32,000 nt of DNA from Ruminococcus albus 7 = DSM 20455 (GCF_000179635.2 NC_014833.1:2910001-2942000); one strand, 5' to 3'; shown: positions 22,755-31,118, counted from the first letter of the stretch. A program made the numbers and translations. The notes: generated from the letters alone by a model not told the origin.

Positions 22755-23714
22755 TTACTTATTATCAGACTTGGAACGTTTGCTCTTTTTGCGTGTGAGG
22801 TCAAGGAACACCTTCTCGAGATCGGGTTTGTCTATAGACATCTCAACTACGTTTATACCGTTTTCGATCAGAGCAGACATGATAGACTGTCGCGCCTTCT
22901 CATCCTCAAGTATGATCTTGAAAACAGAGGTATTATTATCGATCTCTATAACATCCTGTACCTCTCTTATACCGCTGATGCCGTCAAGAACAAAAGCAGC
23001 TGCAAGCTGTTCGCCTTCGATAGTCAGATTGAGGACCGGCGAGCCCGTAGCCCTGCGTTCAAGGTTCTCAATGGTATCCACAGCACATAGTTCACCCTTA
23101 TTGATGATAACTACACGGTTGCAGACAGCGCTGATCTCACCGAGGATATGTGATGACAGAATAACGGAGTGATCCTTGCCGAGATCACGAATGATATTTC
23201 TGAACTCAGCTACCTGTGTCGGGTCAAGACCTACAGTAGGCTCATCAAGTATGAGCAGTTTAGGATCACCGATCATCGCCTGAGCAAGACCCGCACGCTG
23301 TTTATAACCTTTTGAAAGGTTAGCTATCAGACGACGGCGCATATCAGTAAGCTCCAGGCGCTTCATTACCTTCTCGACTTCCTTTTTGACGTTACCTCCG
23401 CGTATTCCCTTGATACCTGCACAGTAGCGCAGATACTCCTCAAGACGCATATCGGGATACAGCGGGGGTATCTCGGGAAGATAGCCGATGCACTTTTTGG
23501 CAGCTCTCGCATCCTCCTTTATATCATGTCCGCAGACGGTCACTGTGCCCTCTGAGGATGGCAGATAGCCGGCGATGATATTCATTGTAGTGGATTTGCC
23601 CGCACCGTTTGGTCCGAGAAATCCAAGGATCTCATTATCCCTGATCTCAAAGCTCAGATCATTTATAGCAGTGACGTGACCGTAGTGCTTTGTCAGGTTC
23701 TTAACTTCAACCAT
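22755..23714 (-). CDS. ABC transporter ATP-binding protein
   Basis: It has Walker A (GPNGAGKST), the signature LSKGYKQR, Walker B (LLILDEP) and an H-loop (SSHIL), plus a ~90-aa C-terminal extension. Confidence 0.92.
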   Translation of the reverse strand: MVEVKNLTKHYGHVTAINDLSFEIRDNEILGFLGPNGAGKSTTMNIIAGYLPSSEGTVTVCGHDIKEDARAAKKCIGYLPEIPPLYPDMRLEEYLRYCAGIKGIRGGNVKKEVEKVMKRLELTDMRRRLIANLSKGYKQRAGLAQAMIGDPKLLILDEPTVGLDPTQVAEFRNIIRDLGKDHSVILSSHILGEISAVCNRVVIINKGELCAVDTIENLERRATGSPVLNLTIEGEQLAAAFVLDGISGIREVQDVIEIDNNTSVFKIILEDEKARQSIMSALIENGINVVEMSIDKPDLEKVFLDLTRKKSKRSKSDNK

Positions 23715-24050
23715 TGAAAGGCTCCTTTCATCTCATAATAATTGTAGATCAATATGTCCGGATCAGTAATGTCCGCTGTACACCTTTCAACACGGACACA
23801 CGTTATTTTGTATTATCCTATATAAAAGTGAACTAGGAATGTATAAAATATGCACATTTCAATAATACTTAGTAAGAATAAATAAACCGGAGCCGTAAGG
23901 GCAAAAAAAAGTATGAAGAGTGCAGTTTCTCTGAACGTTTTGTCAATTGTTTTTTATAATTAGAAAAGTAAGGGTTCTGAAACTTGTTATTAACTTTATT
24001 TTCATATTCATTGAAAATTGTTAGATATAGTAGCTAATTAATAAACAGCA

Positions 24051-24216
24051 TAGGTAGGCAAAGCGCTGAAATTTGTTCTATAAACGATTAAGTACCCGAA
24101 AATGCTTGAAAAATCAAGATAATAGATAAAATAGACAAATAACGTTTATTTTAGGTAGGCAAACCGCTGAAAATATAGTCTTCAAACGATTAAGTGATTC
24201 AAAAAGCTTGAAAAAT
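24051..24216 (+). repeat. Tandem duplication (period 101 bp) of a ~65-bp promoter-proximal module upstream of the GH48 gene
   Basis: Unit A starts at 24051 and unit B at 24152. Both read taggtaggcaaa(g/c)cgctgaaa...aaacgattaagt...gcttgaaaaat, with about 75 percent identity. Confidence 0.6.
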
Positions 24217-24235
24217 AAAAAAAATAGTGTATAAT
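24208..24235 (+). promoter_or_regulatory. Probable sigma-A promoter of the GH48 gene
   Basis: TTGAAA (24208-24213), a 16-bp spacer, then TATAAT (24230-24235). The upstream duplicate (TTGAAA at 24106) has only a poor -10. Confidence 0.45.
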
Positions 24236-24351
24236 AATTTGTGTAAACAGTGATATATTTGTGTGGCTTTTGTGCACTCATAAAATACACAGGTGTATTC
24301 GTCTTTTATAAGGAAGCAGAAAGCCTTACGGATGCCGATATCTCTGTTACG

Positions 24352-24366
24352 TTGAAAGCGCAGGCA
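24352..24366 (+). promoter_or_regulatory. cre-like box in the GH48 5' UTR
   Basis: tTGaAAgCGcaggCa satisfies WTGNAANCGNWNNCW at every constrained position. It lies between the promoter and the start codon, the roadblock position. Confidence 0.45.
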
Positions 24367-24428
24367 ACGCCTGCAACAACAAATGGCAGTTTACTGCCGT
24401 GTCTACTTTAACGAGAGGGGAATATTTA

Positions 24429-27053
24429 ATGCTTTCCAAGAAAATCAAAGCTGGAGTTGCTAGTATCCTCACAGTAGCTATGACAACAAATGTTATCGCA
24501 GCAACTGTAGTTCCTGCAGCAGCAGCAAGCCAGAGGACCAAAGCAAACAAGTATGGCGATTCGACATACGCACAGCGCTTCATGTCCATGTATGATGATG
24601 TCATCACAAACGGACAGGCAAATGGTTATCTGTCTAAGAACAATGATGGTGGTTCCGGTTCTTTCGGTGTACCTTATCACTCAAGAGAGGAACTGATCAT
24701 CGAGGCTCCTGACTACGGTCACGAGACTACTTCCGAGGCTATGTCCTACCTGGTATGGGTAGCAGCAATGCACGACAACATCGTTAAGAATTCCGGCGAG
24801 AAGTTCTCCGGCGCTTCTGCTAACGATCTGCAGAAGGCATGGAAGACAATGGAAGTTATGATCCCTGATGTACAGGATAACTTCTGGCAGTCCTCCAGCG
24901 TAAGCGCTCAGTACTGCGGTGAGTATGATACTCCCGATCAGTGCCCCAACGCTTGGGCAGGTGAGGCTAGCAAGACTGCTGAGAACCCCATCTTCAACAA
25001 GTTCACAAGCGTATATAGCGGTAAGAACAACCAGGGCGGTCTGTATCTGATGCACTGGCTGGCTGACGTTGACAACTGGTATGGCTTCGGTGAGGGCAGT
25101 GAGTTCACCTTCATCAACACCTTCCAGCGTGGTGAGCAGGAGTCCTGCTGGGAAACAGTTCCTTTCCCCTGCGTTGAGGAGAAGAAGTATGGTAACAGCC
25201 AGCAGGGTCTGAAGGGTATCTTCAACCGTGACTCTACTGTTACAAATCAGTGGGCTTACACCAACGCACCTGACGCTGAAGATCGTGCAATCCAGGGTGT
25301 ATATGATGCGATCCAGTGGAAAGTTTCCAACAGCACTATAAACGCTAAGGCAGCTGAGATGGGTGACGAACTCCGTAACAATATGTACGATAAGTACTAT
25401 CAGGAGATCTCTACCAACACTACTTGGTCCAACGGTAATGCAGGTGACAACTCCAAGCACTACCTGATGAACTGGTATACTTCTTGGGGCGGAGCTCTCA
25501 AGGGTTCAGGTCAGAACTGGTGCTGGCAGATCGGCTGCTCACACGCTCATGAGTTCTATCAGAACCCGCTGGCAGCTTATGCTCTGCTGACAGATCTGTC
25601 CTCCGGCATGAAGGCTGACGGTGCTAAGGCAGATTACAAGAAGTCTCTGGAAAGACAGCTTGAATTCTATCTGTGGCTGCAGTCCTCTAACGGTCCTATC
25701 GCTGGTGGTGCTACCAACTCTTATAAGGGTCGTTACGAGACATATCCTTCCGGCGTTCCTACCTTCTATGGTATGATGTACGTTGAGCATCCTGTATATG
25801 CTGACCCCGGTTCCAACCACTGGACTGGTAACCAGGTATGGGCAGTACAGAGACTTGCTGAGCTGTATTACTGGGTTAAGAAGAATGGCGATAACACCGG
25901 CGTTAGACCCGGCGGAATGTCCATGGAAGCTGCTCTGGAGCAGATCCTTGACAAGTGGTGCGCATGGTTCGTTAACAACACCATCCTCACTTCTGACGGC
26001 GACTTCTATATGCCTTCCACCCTCGATTGGAACGGTAAGCCTGACAGCTGGAACGGCAAGGCTACTTCCAACAGCGGCCTGAGCTGCAAGATCACCGGCT
26101 ATGGCAATTCTGACCTCGGCTGCATCTCTTCTCTGGCTAACACACTGACATACTACGCTAAGGCAAAGGGCGTTAAGGCTACCGACATCAAAGGTCTGAC
26201 TGCTGCTTCTGTTGGTGGTTCATTCAACTTCAATATCGAAGGCGCTTCCAATGCTAAGGCTGGTTCTAAGACTTACAGTGCTAACGATTCTGCTCTGCCT
26301 AAGGCTTCACTGTTCCTGGCTAAGGAGCTTATCGATCGTTCTTGGACTCTGGGCCGTGACAACTACGGTATGTCCAGAACCGAGCACAATGGTTCTTTGG
26401 CTCGTTTCTTCAGCCAGACCGTATATATCCCTGAGAGCTACAACGGCACAATGCCTAACGGCGATGCTCTGAAGAATGGTGCTACATTCGAGTCCATCCG
26501 TACTATGTACACCGGCAAGTGCGCAGGTACTCAGACTTCTAATGAAACTGTAGCTCTTGTTGAGAAGCTCAGAGCTGCTTATAAGAAGGACGTTGCTAAC
26601 GGTGCTAAGTGGACAAGCAAGTACTCCGCTTCTGACGCTGAAGGTCAGGCAGAGCTTGCTAAGTTCAAGAACGTTGGTAATGTTGACCTCAACTACCACA
26701 GATTCTGGCACGCAGGTGATGATCTGATGGCTATGGGTGTAATGGCTACTCTGTATCCTGATATGGGCAATCCTATTCCTTATCCTACAAACGTTAAGGC
26801 TAACTACAGCACTCAGTATCACCAGATCCAGTTCGTATGGGACAAGGTAGAGGGCGCTGACAAGTACGGCATCGCTGTATACCTGGCTGGTAAGTGGAGA
26901 GTTCAGACAACTAACATCACTACCAACAGCTATGTAACTCCTAAGAACCTGACTCCCGGCATGACCTACAAGGTTGCTGTTGCTGCAAGAGTTAATGGTC
27001 AGTGGAATACAACTGATCCTATCAAGAATGCTATAACTGTTACAGTTAAGTAA
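24429..27053 (+). CDS. GH48 reducing-end cellobiohydrolase / exoglucanase with a C-terminal ~90-aa Fn3-like module
   Basis: A signal peptide is present. GVPYHSREELIIEAPDYGHETTSEAMSYLVWVAAMH and the following ~640 aa are typical of GH48. The start is moved from 24399 to ATG 24429 because of GAGAGGGG at 24413-24420. No dockerin is present. Confidence 0.92.
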   Translation: MLSKKIKAGVASILTVAMTTNVIAATVVPAAAASQRTKANKYGDSTYAQRFMSMYDDVITNGQANGYLSKNNDGGSGSFGVPYHSREELIIEAPDYGHETTSEAMSYLVWVAAMHDNIVKNSGEKFSGASANDLQKAWKTMEVMIPDVQDNFWQSSSVSAQYCGEYDTPDQCPNAWAGEASKTAENPIFNKFTSVYSGKNNQGGLYLMHWLADVDNWYGFGEGSEFTFINTFQRGEQESCWETVPFPCVEEKKYGNSQQGLKGIFNRDSTVTNQWAYTNAPDAEDRAIQGVYDAIQWKVSNSTINAKAAEMGDELRNNMYDKYYQEISTNTTWSNGNAGDNSKHYLMNWYTSWGGALKGSGQNWCWQIGCSHAHEFYQNPLAAYALLTDLSSGMKADGAKADYKKSLERQLEFYLWLQSSNGPIAGGATNSYKGRYETYPSGVPTFYGMMYVEHPVYADPGSNHWTGNQVWAVQRLAELYYWVKKNGDNTGVRPGGMSMEAALEQILDKWCAWFVNNTILTSDGDFYMPSTLDWNGKPDSWNGKATSNSGLSCKITGYGNSDLGCISSLANTLTYYAKAKGVKATDIKGLTAASVGGSFNFNIEGASNAKAGSKTYSANDSALPKASLFLAKELIDRSWTLGRDNYGMSRTEHNGSLARFFSQTVYIPESYNGTMPNGDALKNGATFESIRTMYTGKCAGTQTSNETVALVEKLRAAYKKDVANGAKWTSKYSASDAEGQAELAKFKNVGNVDLNYHRFWHAGDDLMAMGVMATLYPDMGNPIPYPTNVKANYSTQYHQIQFVWDKVEGADKYGIAVYLAGKWRVQTTNITTNSYVTPKNLTPGMTYKVAVAARVNGQWNTTDPIKNAITVTVK
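26782..27053. repeat. Arm 2 of the ~272-bp inverted DNA repeat (C-terminal module coding sequence)
   Basis: See 13789-14060. The encoded 90 aa are nearly identical between the two proteins. Confidence 0.8.
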
Positions 27054-27090
27054 TTCGTAAGATCAAGTAGTAATACATAAGCTTACAACA

Positions 27091-27127
27091 AAGGGTGTTT
27101 CTCTTAAATGAGAAACACCCTTTTTAT
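27091..27127 (+). terminator. Intrinsic terminator of the GH48 gene
   Basis: A 13-bp perfect stem, aagggtgtttctc / gagaaacaccctt, has loop ttaaat and is followed by ttttatt. Confidence 0.75.
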
Positions 27128-27166
27128 TATGTTATATTCAACACGATGTATTCTTTACAAAGCATT

Positions 27167-27201
27167 TAAAAACCGGCATTCCGAATATCACGGAATGCCG
27201 G
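27167..27201 (-). terminator. Intrinsic terminator of queT
   Basis: On the minus strand, ccggcattccg-tgatatt-cggaatgccgg is followed by ttttt. Confidence 0.65.
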
Positions 27202-27240
27202 TCACTGTTTATTCTGTATATACGGAAGCAGCGCTTATCA

Positions 27241-27717
27241 TCACTCGTTTTCAGTTCCTGCAGTTATGACCTTCATAAAGCCCCTCTTCTTGCTGAGAGC
27301 TGATATAATTACCACACCCAGCATACTCACGCAAATAAATTCTCCAACAGATACCGTTAAAACACTTTGCCAGAAAGGAAGTCTGTTTATAAAGTGCAGC
27401 TCTGCTCCGACTACAAATCCGTTTATCACTACCGGAAAAAGTGATACAACAAACAGGTTCAGCTTATCCCTGAAAAAATATATAAGCAGCGCCGCTGCCA
27501 GTGTAGCCGCAGTACCAAATCCAACATCCGAAAATCCCAGCGGACTATTCAGATTAGTGATGAAACAGCCGATCGTAAGGGAGAAAATATAATCCTTATT
27601 GAAAAAGCACAAAAGCATCAGCATCTCCGAAAATCTAAGCTGTATCTGGTCGAATGCCAACGGAGCGCACACAACGTTCAGCAATGCGTAAATCGCTGCC
27701 ATAACACCGATGTTCAT
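27241..27717 (-). CDS. queT: QueT-like queuosine-precursor transporter (ECF S-component-like membrane protein)
   Basis: It has ~5 TM segments. ...APLAFDQIQLRFSEMLMLLCFF... resembles the QueT family (COG4708). The start is moved from GTG 27744 to ATG 27717 because of AGAAGGA upstream. Confidence 0.75.
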   Translation of the reverse strand: MNIGVMAAIYALLNVVCAPLAFDQIQLRFSEMLMLLCFFNKDYIFSLTIGCFITNLNSPLGFSDVGFGTAATLAAALLIYFFRDKLNLFVVSLFPVVINGFVVGAELHFINRLPFWQSVLTVSVGEFICVSMLGVVIISALSKKRGFMKVITAGTENE

Positions 27718-27774
27718 TATCCTTCTGGAATTTAAAAGCTCCACCGTCAGCCCCCCGTTTCAGAAACTTTTACT

Positions 27775-27808
27775 TAAAAAAGCCGCCTGCTGCATCCAAG
27801 CAGCAGGC
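27775..27808 (-). terminator. Intrinsic terminator of fba
   Basis: On the minus strand, gcctgctgc-ttggat-gcagcaggc is followed by ggctttttt. Confidence 0.7.
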
Positions 27809-27829
27809 TGACCGATGATATACTTGAAA

Positions 27830-28693
27830 TTAAGCCTTGCCAACAGAACCGAACAGTTCCATCTTCTCCTTGACCTTAGCCTTGATAGCCTCAAAGCCGG
27901 GAGCCAGCAGCTTTCTGGGATCGAAGCCCTTGCCCTGCTTGTCCTTGCCAGCCTCAATGTAGCCTCTTGTAGCGTCAGCAAATACCAGCTGGCACTCAGT
28001 GTTAACATTGATCTTAGCAACGCCGAGAGAGATAGCCTTGGTGATCATATCATCAGGGATACCTGTACCGCCGTGGAGTACCAGAGGCATATCGCCAACA
28101 GTCTTGTTGATAGCCTCGAGAGTCTCAAAGCTCAGACCCTCCCAGTTGTCAGGATATACACCGTGGATGTTACCGATACCTGCAGCCAGGAAGTCAACAC
28201 CCAGATCAGCGATCTGCTTGCACTCTGCGGGATCTGCGCACTCGCCCTTGCCGATAACGCCGTCCTCTTCACCGCCGATAGCGCCTACCTCAGCCTCGAT
28301 TGAAAGGCCAAGACCGTGAGCAACGTTTACAAGCTCAGTAGTCTTAGCAACGTTCTCGTCGATAGGGAAATGAGAACCGTCGAACATTATAGAAGTGAAG
28401 CCTGCCTTGATGCACTTGTAGCAGCCCTCATAAGAACCGTGATCGAGGTGGAGAGCAACGGGAACAGTGATACCCAGAGACTTATCCATAGCAGCTACCA
28501 TAGCAGCTACTGTCTCGAAACCGCACATATACTTACCTGCGCCTTCGGATACACCGAGGATAACAGGCGAATTCAGCTCCTGAGCAGTCAGCAGGATAGC
28601 CTTTGTCCACTCAAGGTTATTGATGTTGAACTGACCTACTGCGTACTTACCTGCGCGAGCCTTATCAAGCATTTCTTTAGCATTAACTAACAT
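27830..28693 (-). CDS. fba: Class II fructose-1,6-bisphosphate aldolase
   Basis: 287 aa. MLVNAKEMLDKA...YAVGQFN.NNLEW...LHLDHG...HGGTGIP is typical of class II FBA. Confidence 0.93.
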   Translation of the reverse strand: MLVNAKEMLDKARAGKYAVGQFNINNLEWTKAILLTAQELNSPVILGVSEGAGKYMCGFETVAAMVAAMDKSLGITVPVALHLDHGSYEGCYKCIKAGFTSIMFDGSHFPIDENVAKTTELVNVAHGLGLSIEAEVGAIGGEEDGVIGKGECADPAECKQIADLGVDFLAAGIGNIHGVYPDNWEGLSFETLEAINKTVGDMPLVLHGGTGIPDDMITKAISLGVAKINVNTECQLVFADATRGYIEAGKDKQGKGFDPRKLLAPGFEAIKAKVKEKMELFGSVGKA

Positions 28694-28740
28694 TATAAAC
28701 TACCTCCAAAAAAATTATTTATGGATTTTTTGCCATATCT

Positions 28741-28769
28741 ATTATACATCATATCAACATGGATTTCAA
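28741..28769 (-). promoter_or_regulatory. Sigma-A promoter of fba
   Basis: On the minus strand: TTGAAA (28769-28764), a 17-bp spacer, then TATAAT (28746-28741). Confidence 0.55.
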
Positions 28770-28848
28770 GTGTATTTCCCTGATTTAACATTCTGTCTAC
28801 ATTTTCTTAACACGGTTAGTCATAACTGACTATCATACCGTTCTGATA

Positions 28849-29556
28849 TCACAGAGCGTTCCAGTATACAAAGAATATCAGCACACAGCCCCAGGCATTT
28901 CCTGTTTCTTTTCTGACTATCAGCATACCGTAAATCAGTATCAGCGTGCACACCATTTCAAGAAAAGCATCAGATGTAACACCTACCACACCGTGGACCA
29001 ATATGCACATTACAGCACAGACAAATGCACCAACATCCCAGAATCTGTATTTAGATGGTGAAAGCTCGCTTATCTTGTCGCGTATCACCACATAGTTAAA
29101 GCCTTCAAAAAATCCCCAGAACAGTGCTGTTATCAACAATCCACTCACTTTGACAGGCAGGCTTTCTTCCAAAAGCTGCGGTGTCATGGACATATCGTAA
29201 AACGGGAACCATGGATGAACGTGCCCTCTTGCCAGCTGATAGATGAAGTCGGGCACACAGCAAGCCAGACTCAACAGCAGTGCAGGCAGGAGATTTTTGG
29301 TGTTCAGCCCGAATTTTGTGAACTTCTCACGCCTTATGATACAGACTATCGTTATGCCAAGCCCCGCTATTGCAAACTGACCGCAAAGCGCTGTAACACA
29401 CAGCCTTTTCATCAGCGGTATGCTGGGGTCATATGAATATGCATTTATCTTGCCTGCAAAAAGCAAGACCACAAAACTCACCAATCCGATAATGATGAGA
29501 TCTGCGATCAGCTGTCTTTTTCTAGCCCTGTCGGGCTTTTTTATCGTTGTCTCCAT
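28849..29556 (-). CDS. Multipass membrane protein, weakly CPBP/Abi-like (family uncertain)
   Basis: 235 aa with ~6 TM segments. Motif-like FFEGFNYVVIR and ILVHGVV only loosely resemble the CPBP EExxxR and FxxxH motifs. Its start codon directly abuts the IS target duplication. Confidence 0.7.
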   Translation of the reverse strand: METTIKKPDRARKRQLIADLIIIGLVSFVVLLFAGKINAYSYDPSIPLMKRLCVTALCGQFAIAGLGITIVCIIRREKFTKFGLNTKNLLPALLLSLACCVPDFIYQLARGHVHPWFPFYDMSMTPQLLEESLPVKVSGLLITALFWGFFEGFNYVVIRDKISELSPSKYRFWDVGAFVCAVMCILVHGVVGVTSDAFLEMVCTLILIYGMLIVRKETGNAWGCVLIFFVYWNAL

Positions 29557-29563
29557 TTTTTAT

Positions 29564-30585
29564 CATGGTTATCCCTTTAACACACCACAGATAATTTACA
29601 ATGCTGTCCAAATAAACAGACCTCAAAACTCAGAAAATATAGTATAATAGTGACAGAAACCGAAGGGAGCTGTCGCTATGTCAAAAAGATTTCCGAAACC
29701 TGAGATCACACTTGATGGGATATACTCAAAGTTCGCAGATGAAAGCTTTTGCAAGGATTTTCTGCTTGATATCCGCTTTGAAAAGGGTTTTGCCTGCCCG
29801 TTTTGCGGTGGCTCTGAGTACCGCAGGATAAGGTCACGCCATCTGCTGCGATGCAAGTTCTGTAAAGCAGATATATCCGCCACAAACGGAACTTTTATGC
29901 ACAGAACACATATTCCGCTCAGACTGTGGATAGTCACCGCATTCCTCATTATGAGCAACAAATGCAGCGTTTCTGCTGTTACGCTGATGAGGTCTTTGGG
30001 GGTGACCTACAAGACTGCATGGTACATCCTTCATCGCATCAGAAAAGCTATGAAATGCCGTGAAGAACGCTATTTGCTTGACGGGATCGTTGAACTTGAT
30101 GACACGTATCTCGGTGCTCCGACTCACGGTAAAAAGCGTGGCAGAGGAACTGAAAAAGTCAAGATGATAGTAGCTTTGTCAAAGAACGCAGCAGGAAATC
30201 CCGAGTACGTTAAAATGAGCGATGTGCCGAATTTAAAGGGTATAACTGTTGGTAGATTTGCCAGGGATAATATCCGCGCAGGCTCGAAGATCGAGAGTGA
30301 TAATGCTCGAAGTTACAAGAAACCGTTGGCACAGAAATACTTCCATGTTTTTGAAACATATGATCCGACAAGCGGTCAGCTGAACTGGATGCATAAAGTT
30401 ATATCAAACTTCAAAGCAATGATCATGGGAACTTACCACGGAAACGAAAAGATCCACACAGCGTTATATGCTGCCGAATACTGCTACAAATTCAACCGTC
30501 GTAAGCTGGGAAACAGTGCGTATTTAAGGCTTTTGGCTGCTTTGGTGCAGTGATCTTACTTGTGGTGTGTTAAAGGGATAACCAT
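29564..30585 (+). mobile_element. Complete IS1595-family insertion sequence (~1.02 kb) with 25-bp terminal inverted repeats and a 9-bp target site duplication
   Basis: IRL is ATGGTTATCCCTTTAACACACCACA (29565-29589). IRR is its perfect reverse complement (30561-30585). Direct repeats ATTTTTTAT lie at 29555-29563 and 30586-30594. It contains a single transposase ORF. Confidence 0.85.
29678..30553 (+). CDS. IS1595-family transposase (N-terminal zinc ribbon plus ISXO2-like DDE domain)
   Basis: 291 aa. It has CPFCGG...CKFCK (zinc ribbon), VELDDTYLG...KRGRG, ...IESDNARSY and ...YAAEYCYKFNRR. Confidence 0.9.
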   Translation: MSKRFPKPEITLDGIYSKFADESFCKDFLLDIRFEKGFACPFCGGSEYRRIRSRHLLRCKFCKADISATNGTFMHRTHIPLRLWIVTAFLIMSNKCSVSAVTLMRSLGVTYKTAWYILHRIRKAMKCREERYLLDGIVELDDTYLGAPTHGKKRGRGTEKVKMIVALSKNAAGNPEYVKMSDVPNLKGITVGRFARDNIRAGSKIESDNARSYKKPLAQKYFHVFETYDPTSGQLNWMHKVISNFKAMIMGTYHGNEKIHTALYAAEYCYKFNRRKLGNSAYLRLLAALVQ

Positions 30586-30593
30586 ATTTTTTA

Positions 30594-31118
30594 TTATCCT
30601 TCCTTTTCTTCAATACAAAATCTGCACCCGTACATTGAGAGCAGTATACCATGATGTTTTTCGCAGGCAGGGTATTCCTTGATGATATTCTCTTTATTAA
30701 GCTTGCCGAACCATGACAGCCATTCGGTGCGTTCTTCCTCATTTACAAGGTCTGCCGTCATCTTTTCAACAAGTTTCCCGAAGCTTTCCAGCCACGGTAT
30801 AACAAGCTCTTCATCAAGCGTATACCTGAGCCTGTCCCACCAAAGCTTTCAAAACCGTCCTTAGTCCAGGGCATTTCAACGATATCAAAACCAACATTGC
30901 CCATACCGCATATATCTGTATGCTGAACTCCCAGCCAGACTATCAGCTGCTTTTCACGCTCGGTCTCAGCCAGAGCAGAACCTGCTGCCACCAATGCGTG
31001 TATCATTTCATCAGACGCAGCATTGCTTAAACGGAAATATTCTTTATCCCCCAATTCACGGGTCAATCCGAATGTATTGCTCATATCATACTCATCTCCG
31101 TTCAAACCCCTGCTCATA
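30594..31118 (-). pseudogene. Frameshifted gene of unknown function (about 175 codons once repaired)
   Basis: Frame A (MSRGLNGDEYDMSNTFGLTREL...VEMPWTKDGFES) loses protein-like character after about 30848. The -1 frame continues with LWWDRLRYTLDEELVIPWLESFGKLVEKMTADLVNEEERTEWLSWFGKL...CRFCIEEKEG and stops at 30594-30596. The shift is confined to 30761-30848 and most likely lies in the homopolymer-rich stretch around 30840-30848. Confidence 0.55.

Noticed and set aside
23750-23800. Repeated ATGTCCG / CGGACAC elements in the leader of the ABC operon, as a possible attenuator with alternative pairings.
   Set aside because: These are only 6-7-nt elements. There is no associated terminator or leader ORF, and the pattern is easily explained by chance in a 100-nt leader.
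24681-25460. A 259-aa ORF on the minus strand, and other 84-171-aa ORFs, antisense to the GH48 gene.
   Set aside because: It lies entirely inside a confidently identified GH48 CDS. The composition is Leu/Val/Ser/Cys-rich, typical of the antisense frame of a highly expressed gene. There is no RBS and no recognisable motifs.
29623-30127. 112-aa and 97-aa minus-strand ORFs inside the IS element.
   Set aside because: They are antisense to the well-supported transposase CDS. They have no RBS and no recognisable domain.
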